The notes: a model not told the origin generated them from the sequence alone. A stretch of DNA of 63,902 nt, filler included, from Gonapodya sp. JEL0774 (GCA_027604505.1; 3 parts of 3 records of this genome joined end to end with filler, not necessarily neighbours in it); one strand, 5' to 3'. Shown: positions 48,501 through 62,900, numbered from the whole stretch's first letter. Made by a program: numbers and translations.

Positions 48501-51500
48501 AGTTTCTCCTCGATTGCATCCACTAAAGGTGTATCATCCAGTGTATGAAGGCCGGAAGCTGTTGCATCTTCCCCCATTGGAGCAGCTTCTACCGTCGCCG
48601 TAGCTTCATCTTCAATTTCAGCGATTTCACCAACTTTCAAGTTGCCGTGGTCGTCGTCCAGTGTCTCCGAGGAAGGCGGATCGAGTCCATCGAGGCGAAT
48701 CCGTTGCCTCTTCTCTAAAATTTTCGGCTTCTTGAACAGCACCCTAGGTTGCATCAACGTCAGACTGGCTAAGTCGTCGTCTGCCTTTCGCTTCAACGTA
48801 ATCCGATTTCCATCGTCGTCAAGTTCGAGCCCACCGGTTGGAAGCCAGCACTTTGGAACATGCACGCGGCTCACGATCATGACGCCGTTCATGTGCGGTT
48901 GACCCTCGACGAGACCCTGTTGCAGCAACTCCTCAAACCCGTCTCGACCCCACTTTCGGAGCTCGGACTGGAACATCTCCGATCCTGGAACGTGTGCGCG
49001 GAAATGGTTGTCCAGCCACTCGAATTCGTAGAGCTTTTTTAGAGCTTCTAGGGCAACGAGTTGTCGCCCTTCTCGCTTCGAAGCTGCCGGCTTGGGGGCA
49101 ACAAAGTATCGTAAGTGTGCAGGAAGAACAGACGGAAGCGTGAGAGAAGCAGTCCAGTCTCCGTTCTTTGTCTGCTCGACAGTAAAGTCCGGCCTGGGAA
49201 AGTAGAACCGATCCGACGGCAGTTTGGAGCAGAACCTCGTCAATGCCGCCACTGCCTGATCGATAGTTATAACTGCGCCGGGCACCTTCGACAGCACCGT
49301 GAGTTCCGGATCGTGTTCCATCTGGGGACGCGCCTCTAAACGCTTGGCCCAGGCGGGGAACAAGCCGTCAATCTGGGCATCCTCGGACGACGACACGGCC
49401 AGGCACTCGCGGAGCTGACGTTCTCGAGAAGTGAGATCCACGATGAGCTTGGTGTGTTCCATGTTGTAAGCTTCAACCATGAAGTAGAAGGCAGAGTTCT
49501 TTTTTCGAGCTCGTCCACGAGATTGAATGTATGCGATGTGCGTTCTTGGAAGGTCATATCGTACAACCCTAGAGTGCAAGTCTTCACACGATAACATCTT
49601 GGGTACAAGGTACGCCACAGACTCACAGCATGCACGGTTGTACGTCCAATCCCTCTTCTGCGACACTGGTCGCCACCAACAAGTTGATTTCACCCTGATC
49701 AAAACAGACCAGGATTGAGGAAGACTCGCACTCTAAACAGCACGTCGTGTTCCAAACCTTCTTGAACTGACGAATCACCCTATTCTGCTCCCTGAAGTCC
49801 ATCTCCACCCTCCTCGCCGCAATCGCTCCGGCATCCCTGTTGCCAGCTCCGTGACCCACCAGCGATCCCGCCTTGAGCCACCCTTTCCCCGTTGACCCGT
49901 CACCCAGATGAGCCATTTCCACATCCTCACCCATGCTTTTGTTCAAGATCTCGGCGAGCGCGGTCGCCGCTGTCCTCTTTTCCACGAAAATGATCCCACG
50001 GAACTCGTTGCGGCGTTCGCGGTATGTCCGGAGGAGATCCAGGAGTGCCTGTACCTTGCGGCTGCATTGGCCACGAGAAGCATCTGCAATCTCTGGAGAT
50101 ATGGCGGGTTCGGATTCGGCTTCGGGAAGACCGTCGGCCTCGACTTCACCCGGAGCATCGAGATCATCATCGATGGGATCCGCAGGAGACGCGTGCGTCG
50201 AGGCACTCGCTTGATTTTCACTCGATTCATCTGGGGCCACACCATTACCGTTAACAGCAGCCGGAACTTGGTCGGTTCCCTGTGGCAGGTTCTTCCCATT
50301 CCTGTTCGCACGGTCCTTCCGGTCAATGCGATCCTTCCCCCACGGCAGCTCGAACCACTGCACACCCTTCCCCTTCACAACTCCTGAGAACAGCCGACTG
50401 AGCCCTTTGATCGCCTCGGCGACCACTGGGCTCACCCCTCGAACTCGTCCTCTGGCTCGGCCAAAGTACCGGTTGTATCGGACGATGACTTCCGCGAGGA
50501 CGCTCAAGAGCGCCAAATCAGACGCCCAGGGTCCCATGTCTTGCAAAAGGTATATCGCGTCCGACAACATGGCGGCGAAGAACCGTCGATCACGGGGGTC
50601 CTGAGTGGCCATGATATACCGGGAAAGTTCTGACCAGAACGCTAAGGCAAGTGGAGTGCAAGGAAAACTGGATGTTTGCGAGGTGAGGTGGTAACGGAGG
50701 ATCTTTTCGTCGGGGCGAGGGGCGTGGGCACTGATCGCGGTGAGATCGACCGAGGTGATAATTTTTGAATCCAGGCACAGTGCAAGGTCCCTTGAAAAGA
50801 GAAATAAAAGCAAGGGTTTCAAAAAGTTCACACGAAATACACAACAGGCACACACGCACTGTAGCGAGACTTCTATCCCCTCCCCGCCCCGAGAGAACCT
50901 TTTTGCAGGACTGGCTGTCATACCGAATACCTTGGGACGGCTATCGGGAGGGGAAGCCATGTAGAAATTGCGCATGATCAGAGAGTACGGATGCGCCGCT
51001 ATTGCATGGTGAGCCTCGTCGAAAATGAGGAGATTGACCTGGCAACACGGAAGGGACGGTTTCACAAACATGGACAAAGTCAAAATGAACACATTGACTT
51101 CTCACCTGGTCCATCAAGATCCAGCCACTGACGAGTATATTCAGAAAAATTTGCGCCGTCATCACATGGACGTCATGATTGGCGATACGATTTGACCACA
51201 GTTCTCGTTTCTCTCCTGCAGTCTCCATTTCGGAGCAATAGCGACCCACAGAAAGATGAAGGTTATGCTCCAAGAAAGCTGCCTGTTGAAATACTAGGGG
51301 TACGAGGTTGACGAGGAAGAAGGCTGATTACCAAATCGGGAGAAGCGAGTCATCATTACACGACTGCAAACAAATTTCCGGACATCCAGGGTGCTGGAGA
51401 ATTGCTGCAAGACTCACTCTTCTTTTTCTATATAATAAGATTCAAACGCACGGCCCGCTCATTCAATAGCAACACCTGCGAGAGTTTGAAATTGGGCAAC

Positions 51501-51866
51501 TCACTGGGTAGCTCGGGTCCTTCATTCTCTCTATGTCCTCACGTTCATGCACGTATTTAATGAGCATAGCGGCAATGAATGTCTATACATGGAGACATGA
51601 TTGCACGGGGAGTCTCAGGAACGCGGATGCTCTCCCAGAACATGGTGAAGCTCTTTCATCACCTTTCCCGTTCCCGTATCTAAAACTGCGATGATGTTGT
51701 CGGCTTTGGCCTTTGTACTAATGCATCAGACATTTTGTGCCAACCAGAAATACGAAGGATGCGCGTTCACCTTCTCGAAAAGCTCTCGCTGGTAAGTTCT
51801 GGCTTCAGCGATTTTCAAAGCCTTTTCCTCGGGATCAAGTGGCCCAAATGGCCTCACCCTTGCCAT
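45543..51866 (-). CDS. dcl: Dicer-like protein (DExH helicase, DUF283 dimerisation domain, PAZ-like region, two RNase III); 3' end runs into the gap
   Basis: ARTYQRELFE, IAVLDTGTGK|TFIA, LLIFDEAHHA (~51009-51020), FGMTASP, IIFVEKR, LLVATSVAEEGLDVQPC, YIQSRGRAR, LTRFCSKLPSDRF, TVAEYYEK, RNase IIIa YERLETLGDGFLK..VADTVEA, RNase IIIb YERVEFLG|D. Confidence 0.95.
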
Positions 51867-53048
51867 GTTTACGCCTCGGTGCAGATGGAGTTCACGAACT
51901 GAACAGTGATGCCTAATCTCGCGCGAATTCTTCGATCGGCTGGCTGGCTGTGGTCACCTGCTGGGCAGCATTTCCACAACCCAAAAACCAATTTTATTCA
52001 ACCCAGTATTCGATGAACTCTGGATGCGCGGGAACACTCTTTCCTTCTGCTGCTTTCCGTCGCTCATTCTATCGTATTGTCCCCCATTTGCAGGTCCCAT
52101 TGAGGCTTCTCTGCCGCATTTCCTGCTCGCCGCTTGCGGACATTCAGCACCGATGGTCGAGGACGCGGCCCCCTATGCCGAGTGACTGGCGAGCGACTAA
52201 TGGACGGAACCGGCGTCGACCGCCCGTCCCTGCATTGGACCGGGGAGTTCACGAGTAATTGGTGGGCCGGCGTTGCGCTGCTGTGCACTCCGAATCCACC
52301 CTCGCACCACAACACGGTAGAGCTGCGGCGTGGAACGATGTTTGCGAGACCTCGGCTCTGCATCTCGCATTGCCCATCATGGTTAGGTGCTGCAGCTCGG
52401 CCCAAATTCTCTCGCTTAGGGACGAAACTTGAGATGGGCTCGGTACATCGCGTGCTTTCACTGGTAAAGGTCCTCACGTCGGGGTGGCTGAACCGGTGTG
52501 CTCTCGTGGATGTTGAGGTGGGGAGTAAGATTGTTCAATGGTAAAGCAAACAAGTGGTAGGACAGAAGAGCACCACATTGATGTCGCTGAGCATTTTTTG
52601 GCTGCTCACATTTTCTCAACCTGCTCTGTTTTCATACCAAATTTAATTAATTTGATACCAACCACCCTCCACCTCTATCGTCTTAAAACGACATGATATC
52701 CTACAGTTATGTCGGTGACTAGAATCGCAGTATCTATCACGGAGGACAAGTACGAAACTGGACCGAGGGAACGCAGGATGGGGTGCTTTGTAGCGAGCGG
52801 CGTCCACGTCGCGCACCCTGGAAACATCACATGGTTTTGTTCCATGAGATGGCTGACAGCTCGCTTCTAGTTTTGTACTCCCAGTGACGGTATGTAATTT
52901 CAATTACATCATACGATATCATAGTATTGGGAGATTTCTTGCCGGGCCGTGGACGTGTAGAGGAGGGGATACACCATGTCGGTCACTGGCCTCACCCGCT
53001 GTTGTGATTCCGATGTACACTAAGTACAAAAATAATTCTACACCATCG

Positions 53049-55212
53049 TTACTGGAAGAACTTTTCTCTAAACGAGACTTTCTGACCTAACACCACAGGC
53101 CCTCCAGACGGCGAACGACGCTCCTGAGTTTCGTCCTTCACGACTACGACCAACACTCTTCTCCACTTGCCAAAGTCTTGTGGGCTCTCCAAAAGTAGTC
53201 GCATTTGCGGATACTTTGCCAGAATGCTTCGGAAAGCGGACATGCCAGAGATCGATGTAGTCAGTGAAGGTCCATCCCTTTTCACGTCCGGGTCCGTTGC
53301 CTCGGGAGGGAGCCCAACCCGTTCTTCCTTTCCTCCCACAACCGATTCGTTCATCTCCGGGACCCACACCACAAGCCGTCCTCCTGGTATCAACATTCGG
53401 GCTCCGATGCGAACCAGGTCATCCAGTACATCGGCCAGGTCGTACGCTTCCGTTTTGGGATAGTGCGTCAGCTGCTTTGACTCGGCGTGAACGGGTGCAG
53501 TGGGCCCTGTAGTAGCCAAGGAGGGAGCGATTCTTTTGGCCCCAGCGCGGACGCCGTATGGCGGCTTTCCATAGTGGAGATGTGGACAAGTTCAGCACGA
53601 AACAAAGCGTCCAACAGACATGGACCCACATCTGTCACGATGGCATCATAAAGCTCGAATAACTCGGCCCTCCAAGGACTTTGAACTGGTGTAAAAATAC
53701 CGTTCTTTTGTTATGTCCGACTCTAGTTCGTTTCCAAACAAGTACCAACAGTGGACACACCTATGTCACATACCACAGTATCCAAAATGCGGCCAGTCAA
53801 CCCATATTGCACCGCATTCGTGTGTATCGAGAAGTCTGCATCGCGAGCATCCTCGCCCTTCAGGACAGCTGCAAGCTCCTCGGTCATGATCAGGTTTCGT
53901 TTGACGACCTTTTTCTTTGCAACGATGGACGGAGTGGCCGAGTCAGTTGGAGCAGGCGACAAACGAGGCGATTTCCAGAGTGTTTTCCCTCGCATTTGGC
54001 GTCCGTCGATGTCGGAGCCGATCGTGAAAGCGCCGAAATGTGAACACGTGAGCAGGAAAGAACCTGTTCCGACGAACGGATCGATCATGAGAGCGCCGGG
54101 GCGAGCCTGAGAGAAACTTGCATGCTCAGCGTAAAGTAAAGTAATGGCACTTGGCTCCAAGGCTCTGTGCGGTGCTCACAAGTGCTAAATTCGCCATTAT
54201 CAGGGAGAGTTCTGCGTCCATTGTTGTAATCCCCAGATAACCCCGTTTCTTGAGGTCGAACTTCGATGTCAGATGACGTGAAGAAGAGCCTATGAGTCGC
54301 CCGACGTAGACGTGCAAGAACGCAGGTGGAGGTGGTTTCAACGTGCGTGACTCTCTCCCGTTCTCTTCCTTGTGACCATGGGAGCTTCCAACGTGTCGGT
54401 CACCACTCTCCCCGCCATTTCTGCGAGCGATTCGCTCTTCTTTTACACTGAGCGCCAATTCTCCTTGCACTGGGTTCTTGCTTGCCCACTCCTCCAACAC
54501 AACGACCGTTATGTCCGCAGAGTCGTCCAATACGATTGGTCCCTTCCAATCTAGGTACGAGAATGATTCAACTATTTTCACACGATCTTGCTGAGAGCGG
54601 GCACAGTTGAATGAGCGGGAGAGGAAGCGGAAGGAGGTGGTCGGTGAGACGATGTACGGAGAAGTGCGGGACTCGTGTGGAGTTTTAGGATGGCATTCAA
54701 CGGCGGTAGCTGATTCAGAGGAAGGTGGTACAGGGCGTTTGAGTGAAGATTTGATGGAATCGTGGAGGAGCTCATATGTAGGTGCATGATCCCAGAGTGC
54801 GAGAATCTCTCTGCCGGCAAGTGGAAGTAGGTGGGTGCTTTTTCATCGATTTGTCCCCGTCCCTTCCATCACATTGCGATCACTCACTTGGCGAGGATAG
54901 ATCTTCGAATGAGCTTCGCGGCGTCATTGTCGGACGCCAGTTCCACGATCAGATACGGGCTCTGCCATAGTCATATCATATACACGCAAGCCACAAAGAG
55001 AGTAATACCGAGTTCCGACGATCTCTGTTCAGTCTTAGAATATCAAATCGGCGAAAGTGGCTGTGAATTGTGCGAACCTCGAGCGCCAATCCCTGTGGAT
55101 CGTCATGCAAAATGTTTGCAATCCTAACTTGCTCCAACTCGGCCAGAGATAAAAGTTCGGCCATGCGAAACGACATGTGGAATTGCGCAAAATGGATGAC
55201 ATAGAGAGGCAT
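53049..55212 (-). CDS. TRM11: tRNA (guanine-10-N2)-methyltransferase Trm11, multi-exon
   Basis: MPLYVIHFAQFHMSFRMAELLSLA; FDLKKRGYLGITTMDAELSLIMAN; DPFVGTGS; GSDIDGR; AIVTD|PPYGVRAG; GGRLVVW. Confidence 0.95.
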
Positions 55213-55302
55213 GTTTCTTAAAAAAAGGTTGCAAGGATGAATCGCTGTGGGGGGGCATCAGGCAACAAAAAACTGGTCGATTCTCAACCTTTTCGCACCT
55301 CG

Positions 55303-56422
55303 ATGTCCTTGTTAAGGTCGGCCGCATTCATGATGCGCTGCATGAACAGCAATACTCAACGTCTGGAACCTGGATGGCGTCGTGGACCAACTTTTGCTAC
55401 CTCGCCGCTTGTCCGCTTCCCGCGAGCGAAGCGCTCAAGGGTGTTTCGCGAGGAGATTGTCGGTGAATCGCAGGAATCTCCAGCGTCGGAAACACTCGAT
55501 CCGTCCCTGTACGCTCAATTCGGAATAGAACGGACGAACGGATCACCGTCTTTGAAACGTATTCCATCGGACAGAGACTTGGAGCACTATCTTGATCCTA
55601 GGGCGCACGAAGAGAATCCTGATGACGAGTGGTATATCGATAAAACCGTCCAGGATGGGAGAACGAGTGGACAAGACAGAGTACCCCACAAGAGTTTTGA
55701 CTCGGAACGGGACACAGCTGAAGGAGCCTCTCGAGAGGCATTCGTTCCGTTATATCTTCGAAATCTGCCCGAATCGACTCAAAGAGAGCTTGGCATTGAC
55801 CCGAGCGCCTCCAGAAGTGATTCTTCGCCTGTCACTTTACCTGAGAACCTACCCGAAACTCTCGCCTCCGCCGTGGATCATCTCTCATCTCATCCTTCGC
55901 TCTCCTCTCCACTGGTGGTTCTTGACGTGCGCTCTAAATGTGACTGGACAGACTACATGATTGTCGCCGAATCAAGTTCCGCCAGGGGTTTGTACACAAT
56001 GGCAAGCGAGATTCGGACCATGGTGAGAACCATCTCTGAGCAATATAAGTTTATTGTGAAATGATTTTCTCTCGTTGGTCACTGTCTATCTCCGTCAGCT
56101 TAAGACTGCGGACCCGTCCTCCGTACCACCCCCCATCGAAGGCCTCCCATCTACACCCCGCCGCGTCTCCAAGAAACCCACACCTGCAACCTCCCCTTTG
56201 ACGCCAGATCTTCCATGGCTCTTAATTGATACCGCTCCGCTCGCTGTGTTTCACTTCATGTCTCCAGGTGCACGCCGGTTTTACGATGTGGAGAGCATGT
56301 GGGGACGGTCGCCTGAAGACCCAATTGAGGAATTTTTCACTAAAGATGATGATGATGAAGTGGAAGAAGCTTGGGGAAGATGGCGAGGACTCGTCCAGCA
56401 GTCCGAAACCGGACGAGGTTGA
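55303..56422 (+). CDS. Mitochondrial RsfS/Iojap-domain protein (MALSU1 or ATP25 N-terminal like)
   Basis: Arg/Ser-rich presequence-like N-terminus; VVLDVRSKCDWTDYMIVAESSSARGL..; IEG..WLLIDT..HFMSPGARRFYDVESMW; intron ~56022-56098. Confidence 0.8.
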
Positions 56423-57018
56423 TGCGCAGAAATGTCTGTTCTCTCCAGAAAGTGTCCTTTCTGAAAGAACTCTCTGCAAACGAGCATGTATTATTCACAT
56501 CAAAGTCCTAGTCTAAACAGTAATAAGCCACTTCGCTACTCTCCAATCTCTCCCACACGGGATTACAGGTGTGTCGTGTACAATAACCTTCCCCAAGCAC
56601 AATTGATTAAAAGGTAGGTGGTGAAAAGTAGAGTAATGCCCAGACCCGCCACATTGCGCTCCAGCGCGCGTACGTCCGACCCATCAGGGGTGTGATTTTC
56701 TAGATTTTGAATGTGACAACAACGAAAAAGAAGCATCATCCGGCTTGCCGAGTGTCCAAAAAGGGGAAGCTTGATGAAAAACCGTAAACAACCGTAGAAA
56801 AGCAGAAACGAGATATAAACGATGGCTGCGCAAACACAGCAAGGGCCAAAAGATCCAAAGTCCATCCAGTGTTTTTATGTTTTCAAAAGCAAAGTCTCGA
56901 CGAGGCAATGGTGGGTATAGAGTGATGCCTGCCGGTGAGGTCCGTGTCCTATGTCCTATGTGCTACGCGGAGGGTCCCTGCCCTCCACAATTTTACAACA
57001 AAAAAGAAGTGTTCGTAA

Positions 57019-58363
57019 TCACATTCCATTCCAATTGCTCCACCTGCCCCACTCCGCCTGCGCGCCCGAGTATCCGCGATGAGCGTACATTGGAGGCTGG
57101 TGCGTGGCGATGGACTGCGGTGGGGAATAGTAATGGCGGTCCTCATATTCAGAATCGAAACCCCAGTGGCCCGCCACGGGGTCCGGTACGCGGGCGTCCG
57201 TGTAGAAGGCGGGCAAATTTGCATTTTGGTGGACAGGATAACATGCAGGACCATCATACGCATCCCAAGAACGTGGAGGGTTACTGTAATCCGTCGAGCA
57301 ATCGTCCATACTGAAAACAGGCGCGGAAAGGTTCCAGACATGGCCTTTGCCGACTTTGCTAACGGGATTCGAGTGCGGGGGAACAGGCGAATCCTGACAA
57401 GGCAAGTCCGATAACCCATTGCGAGGAGCATGCAAACCCGAAAAATGGGAGAGCTGCGATTCCGACTTCCATTGGTGAACTTGACGAGCCGGAAGCATGG
57501 TCTGCTGTGGCATCCTCTGATCCATCATGGGGCGCAAATTGTACGGAAGCGCGGTTGTAGGGCGTGGGGCTGGCCTGGGAAGGCGGGAACCAGTAAGCCG
57601 CGCGTGGATGTGGAACGGGTCAATCCCAGCAGGTTGCCTGAGCGGGGGGAGCGGCTGACGGCCCATAGGAAGTTCGGATTGGAAGCCAGGGGGGGAGCGA
57701 GGAGGGGTTGGAATGCGGCAAGGAGTTTGGTCTTCGAGATAGGGCCCAACGGACCACCTGAGGAAATCACATGGAAATCGTTCAGTTGGCATGGTCAAGC
57801 TTAAAAAACGCGCAAAAATCTACTTACGCCCAGTTCGCCCATCCAACTTTGAGTCTCCTCTCCATCCTCATGGCTTCTCTGGCCTCCTCCCAAGTCTCTT
57901 CGTCCAAACCCTTCAGCCTCCTTACTTCCTCCAAATCCTCAGCAGTCGGCGCGGGCACAAAGGGAGAACGGTCATACTCCGTCGATGGCTCAACGACGTA
58001 CGTCGAAGTGGTGGAAGGCATGGAGAAAGATACGGCCCGACGGGCAGTGCGGTCGCCTCGTACTGGGGGACAACCAGAGGACGCAGACGAGGAGACTGAA
58101 GACGATGAGGACAGTGACTCGTCTGAAGGGGTCGGAGAAGGAGTGCTGGAACGCGACCTCGAGCGAAGGATGGAGGTCGGAGGTGAACATGGTTTGCTGT
58201 CGACAGGTGTAACGGGTCGGGACACCGGCACCATGGCATCGTCATCCTCACTACTTCGGAGAGACGAGCATTCCGAGTCCGCAAATGAGTCATAGTGCTT
58301 AAAGTCCTCGAACTCCGACCTCTCAGTGCCAAACTTCACAACATGAAGTTCAGCCGCGACCAT
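57019..58363 (-). CDS. Ser/Pro-rich protein with an RVxF...YDR motif (putative PP1 regulatory subunit)
   Basis: Two exons joined by GTAAGT(~57827)..AAG(~57800); RRAVSF followed about 15 aa later by EYDRSP, resembling neurabin/Bni4 PP1-binding segments. Confidence 0.55.
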
Positions 58364-59938
58364 GTCTGAAAGTGTTCCCAAATCTAGAAGTGCAGGCAGA
58401 GCCGAGACAAAGCCGAAAGTGGGAGAATAACGTACAATTGTGTGTTGTGACGATGTGCGATGAGGGACGCTGGGATGTGCAATCTAAGCAGATGACGCGA
58501 AGGTGGGGTATGCCGTGGGCTCTAACAGGAATGATGCACCGGGGGACAGCGGCACATAAAGCAAGGTGGAGAAGTTCTACGAGATGTGTGTCCGTGCGGC
58601 CGGAGGAGCTGATTGCGAGGATGGGGCTCGATATTGTGGCCTTGGGGGGGTCTGAAGGGACGCAATACGACTTGAGGAACACGACACAAGCACTGGTGAA
58701 GAGCAGAAAAACGCGCCCTTCACAAAGTTGTTTTTGTTCTCACCTTCTTAGAACAGACGTGAGGGCGAGTGGGAGGGGCTGTCGACCGGGAGGCGGCAAA
58801 TGTCAGCGCAATAGAACAGTGAGAACCAACGACACGAGCCAGTGGCAGAGAAAAACGAGCACAAAAGGCTTTGTATGACGAAAACGAACGCTAACAGTGG
58901 GCTAGAGCGTCATCCCTCCAGTTTGAAGTCTTCTCCGTCAAAAGTAGGATTGGCCCATCTCCCCGCTTTCACGGCCAGGCTGCAACGGAAATGAAGCATC
59001 CGGTATTCAACTTACCAAGAAAGGGCTTTCCAAAGTCCGGACGACGCTTTCCTAGTGAGCAGCGAGGTCGTTGTGCACTTTGGGGTCGACAAACCAAGCC
59101 ACCAAATGTTTTGGAAGCCACACTTAAAACCCCTTGCGACTCGAAAATGTGCAAAGAACTGGCGACCAATATTACAAGACGGCTCCCATCAATAGCAGGA
59201 GGCTTCAAAACTTGACGCAATTTTGCGTTAGTTAGAGCTCTCTTGTCTGGCAGAAGCCGTCGCTGTTTTTGATATTGTCTCTGCTTTCCGCCGTTTCTAA
59301 TATAATACGGACAGAGCCCCTTTCTCTCCCTGAAATTCGCGTAGTCCATACAACAAGAAACACACTTTTTCGTTTAAGCGATTGAATGACTGGAAACTGA
59401 TGTGGATTGCATGGGTTTGGAATGGAACAGCATCACGTCATCATGACCCTGGCAAAACCCCAATCTCCCACACAAGACAAGTGAAAGGGCCTGGCTTTGT
59501 TACATCCTGGGCACTGGCTGATTCTTCTACAATGACCAGGAGCTATTATCTCAGCGATGTGAGGAGAGTTACTTCGGTGCCGACATGCATATAGTGCATC
59601 AGTAGTGTATTAGACCATGCAAAGAGCTGTCCATATGGAGTTTCCCCCAGGGAAATCTTCCCAAAAACATTGTGGCATTGCGGCTATGTGGGCCGTGGTT
59701 TGTCTTCGACGCTCAGTTCTTGGAACTCCAGGTGGCATTTGACCTGCATTTGAATTTTTTCGCAGCTGTTTCATTGCATCGAATGCAAGTGTTAGAGCAA
59801 TCTATTTTGTTGTTGGATCAAGTTGAAGAGAGCCTCGAATGCAGGTACTGAGTAAGTAAGTTCGCGAATTCGAGTGAGAAGCTTCTGAACTCGGGGAAGA
59901 GCGTTCAAAACTCTATTCACACAGCCTGAGCCGCCTAC

Positions 59939-62900
59939 TCATTCACGATACTCGTGATACACGGCCGCTTCGATACGCTTGACTGGCGCTTTCCTCCCAG
60001 TCCACCTTGCAAACTGCTCAAACCCTTGTTCGCAAAGTATTTCGATACCCTCCACCAGGCTAAAATTCCAACCCACTGCTATTGCCTCAGCAGATATAGC
60101 CTGCGTAAGCAAAGAAGTCCGGCGAGGCCTGTAAGCCATGTCAACAACCACACCCGAAGCACTAGGTTTCCGCGACGGAATCCCTGCAAGCGGGAGACCT
60201 TTGGCATCAACAGCGGCCACATGCTCTGAGAGAAGGGCGCCGTTTGCGACGGGTTTGAAAGGGTTGGGCTCTGAAAACAAGCCGGGGAAGTCCAAACCAT
60301 TCTGAGCTTGGGCTGGGATGGTGCCAACGATCACAAATGTGGTTTCGCGAGCAGTGTCATCCGCATTCCTTAAGCTCTTCAAAGCATCTTTGAGATCGCG
60401 AATGACAGTCCCTCCAAATTCAGCAGCGAGGTGCTCGGCCTTGGCCAATGTTCTGTTCCATATCCGAATGTCTTCACATTCCATCTGCTTCAGAGCATAG
60501 CACGCTGCCCGGGACGTGCCCCCTCCGCCAATGACAACTCCTACGGTACCAAGTCCACCAGCAGAAGACCCCAAACGTTTCCAAACACTTCGTCTAATCC
60601 CCAACCAGTCCGTATTGTCCCCGACTATGCGGTATCCCTTCTCACCATATTCCTCTCCGTACACTGCAACAAGGGTATTCACGGCGCCAATTCGCTTGGC
60701 CGCATCAGACAGCTCATCCACCACTCCATAACGGACGACATCCTCTTTTAGAGGAATTGTCACACTACCACCGCCGAATCTTCGAACGCGCGCATGTTCC
60801 TCGATGACAGCCTGCAATTCCGTCCAAGAGGTCGTTTCTGAAAGTTTGTAGGTGTAAGGTAATCCTAGTTCTTTGAACCCGGTGTTGTGAATTGTCGGCG
60901 ACTGGGAGTGAGCAATAGGGGAACCAAAAAGGAAGAAATGCTTTTCGGGTAGAACTCCCAGCAAGTGTCGGAGTTGGTTTATTTGTGCAATCGAGAGCTG
61001 CCCGGGAGCGGCGGGGACTGGTAGGCGGAGGTGAGTCACTGGAGTGATGAACGTGTTGAGTGCCCTTGTTTCTTGACCGATAAGACCCATGTTGAGCGCG
61101 ATAAGTGGCTTGAACGAAGGACCAGTGACGCGAATCACGAAACGCTCGAGGGCGTGGTTATCTGTGCGATGCTTGGCCATGCCAATCAGTTTCAAAATAT
61201 CGCCGTACTTCTCCAGAACTTTGTACTTTGCTGGGAACGTGACTACTGGCTCACTGGATTTTGAATCTCGGAGAGCTTGCCCAGCAGCAAGGTTGCCCAG
61301 AGCTGGAGAGGCAACAGAGATATCGTCCCAAGACACTGTGCCGTTAAAGTCATGGAAGCTGAGGGCGAGCAGACATCGAGAATGCTCACGTAGATTCACA
61401 ATATAAAAGTCAGACACCTACCTCGCAATAATTTTACTGTTTCCCTTCATCTGAATGACACTTTCCATCAACGCTTTCCGGGCAGGGTCGTCTTCTCCGA
61501 CCACTTCCAGATCAACGAATTCGCAGCCCCACTTCAATGCCATCTTCAATAGTTCAAACATACCCTCTACGTTCTCACCCGGGTACTTGCCACCCTGCCC
61601 CGTCGTACGAACAGTGAAGATGATGGGAAGATCCGTATTTCGGCGAAGGATAGCAACCTGCTCTCCGACAAATTCTGGTGTGTGATTGTCCAGTAAGTCC
61701 ACGCGCAGCTCAACTGCGTCAGCACCGCGGGTCACTTCCTCGAGGGAGGGAATGGCTATTCGCACATCTCCAAAGGTCAGCGCAAGGAAGTAGGATGTGT
61801 TCGGAGGCAGCGGAACACCGCCGGGCAAAAGCTTGTCATTTGAGCCAGGTAATGTGAGGTGATGCGTCAACCGAAGGATAAGTTCCTTAGTGACATCCTC
61901 CCAGTAAGATTCATCCTCCAGGTCCACACTGACAACGCCACATTTGCCCTTGACCACAACGAACTCAATGGTACTGCATTCACTGTACCACCCTTTCCTC
62001 CTGGTCCAAACATCTTTCATCTCTTCAGGAAAAGCTGGTCGAGTTTTGTCGCGGGATAAATAGTCAATCACATCCTCTATGTCACGAGTCAAGTGTAGCA
62101 CGTGGCCCTTTCTGGATAAACCCAGCTTCTTGCCACACCATTCCTTCAGGGCTTCTCTACCGCCCTCGGTCTCAACGATGCCACCACCACACGCCAAAAT
62201 GGCTCCACTAGGGTACTTATCCAAGGCGAACCTGAGAGTTTCGAGCTCCGCTTCCCGGAATCCTTCCCATCCCTTTTTCTCTATAAGTTCATGAATAGTC
62301 ATGTCAATGCGCTGCTCCAGTAATGCATCCAAGTCTACAAACAGCCGATGAAGTTTCTTGGCTGCGACGGATCCAAGTGTTGTTTTCCCAGCGCCTCTCA
62401 TTCCAATCACGACAATGGTGGCGTTTGAGAGGTTAGTAGGCAATCCAGAGACCAGAGCAGATGTACCAGCGTATGGGACAGCACTCAAAGCTGATGGACC
62501 ATCCTTTGGCACGACAGCAGCCTCCTTCTTTGCACCAGACACATCTTCATCCTCTAGAGGAAGCATTTCATCGACTCCATCGATAACGACGCCAAGCTCC
62601 CGCTCAACTACATCCCACCAGTCAGGCCAAGTCTTTTCAACACACCGCTTCTCTCCAATCACAGTCGAGAGTCCCTCGGTGAGGCCCATTGACAAAACCG
62701 ACATGCTCATTGCTACTCTGTGATCATCATAGCATTTAACAGGCCCTTCAGGGGGATGGAGGCCTTCAGGCCCAGCACCGTGCACAGTGAGTCCCGTCGG
62801 CATCTCCGTGACCTTGACACCGAATCTCTTGAGCTGTTCACACATGGCAGCGATTCTGTCACATTCCTTCACCCGTTGGTTGGCAATACCGACTATCGTT

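Noticed and set aside
52562..52629. Imperfect hairpin (AGAGCA..TGAGCA/TGCTCA..TGCTCT) upstream of the Dicer gene, possible pre-milRNA
   Set aside because: The stem has many bulges and cannot be distinguished from chance without folding and small-RNA data.
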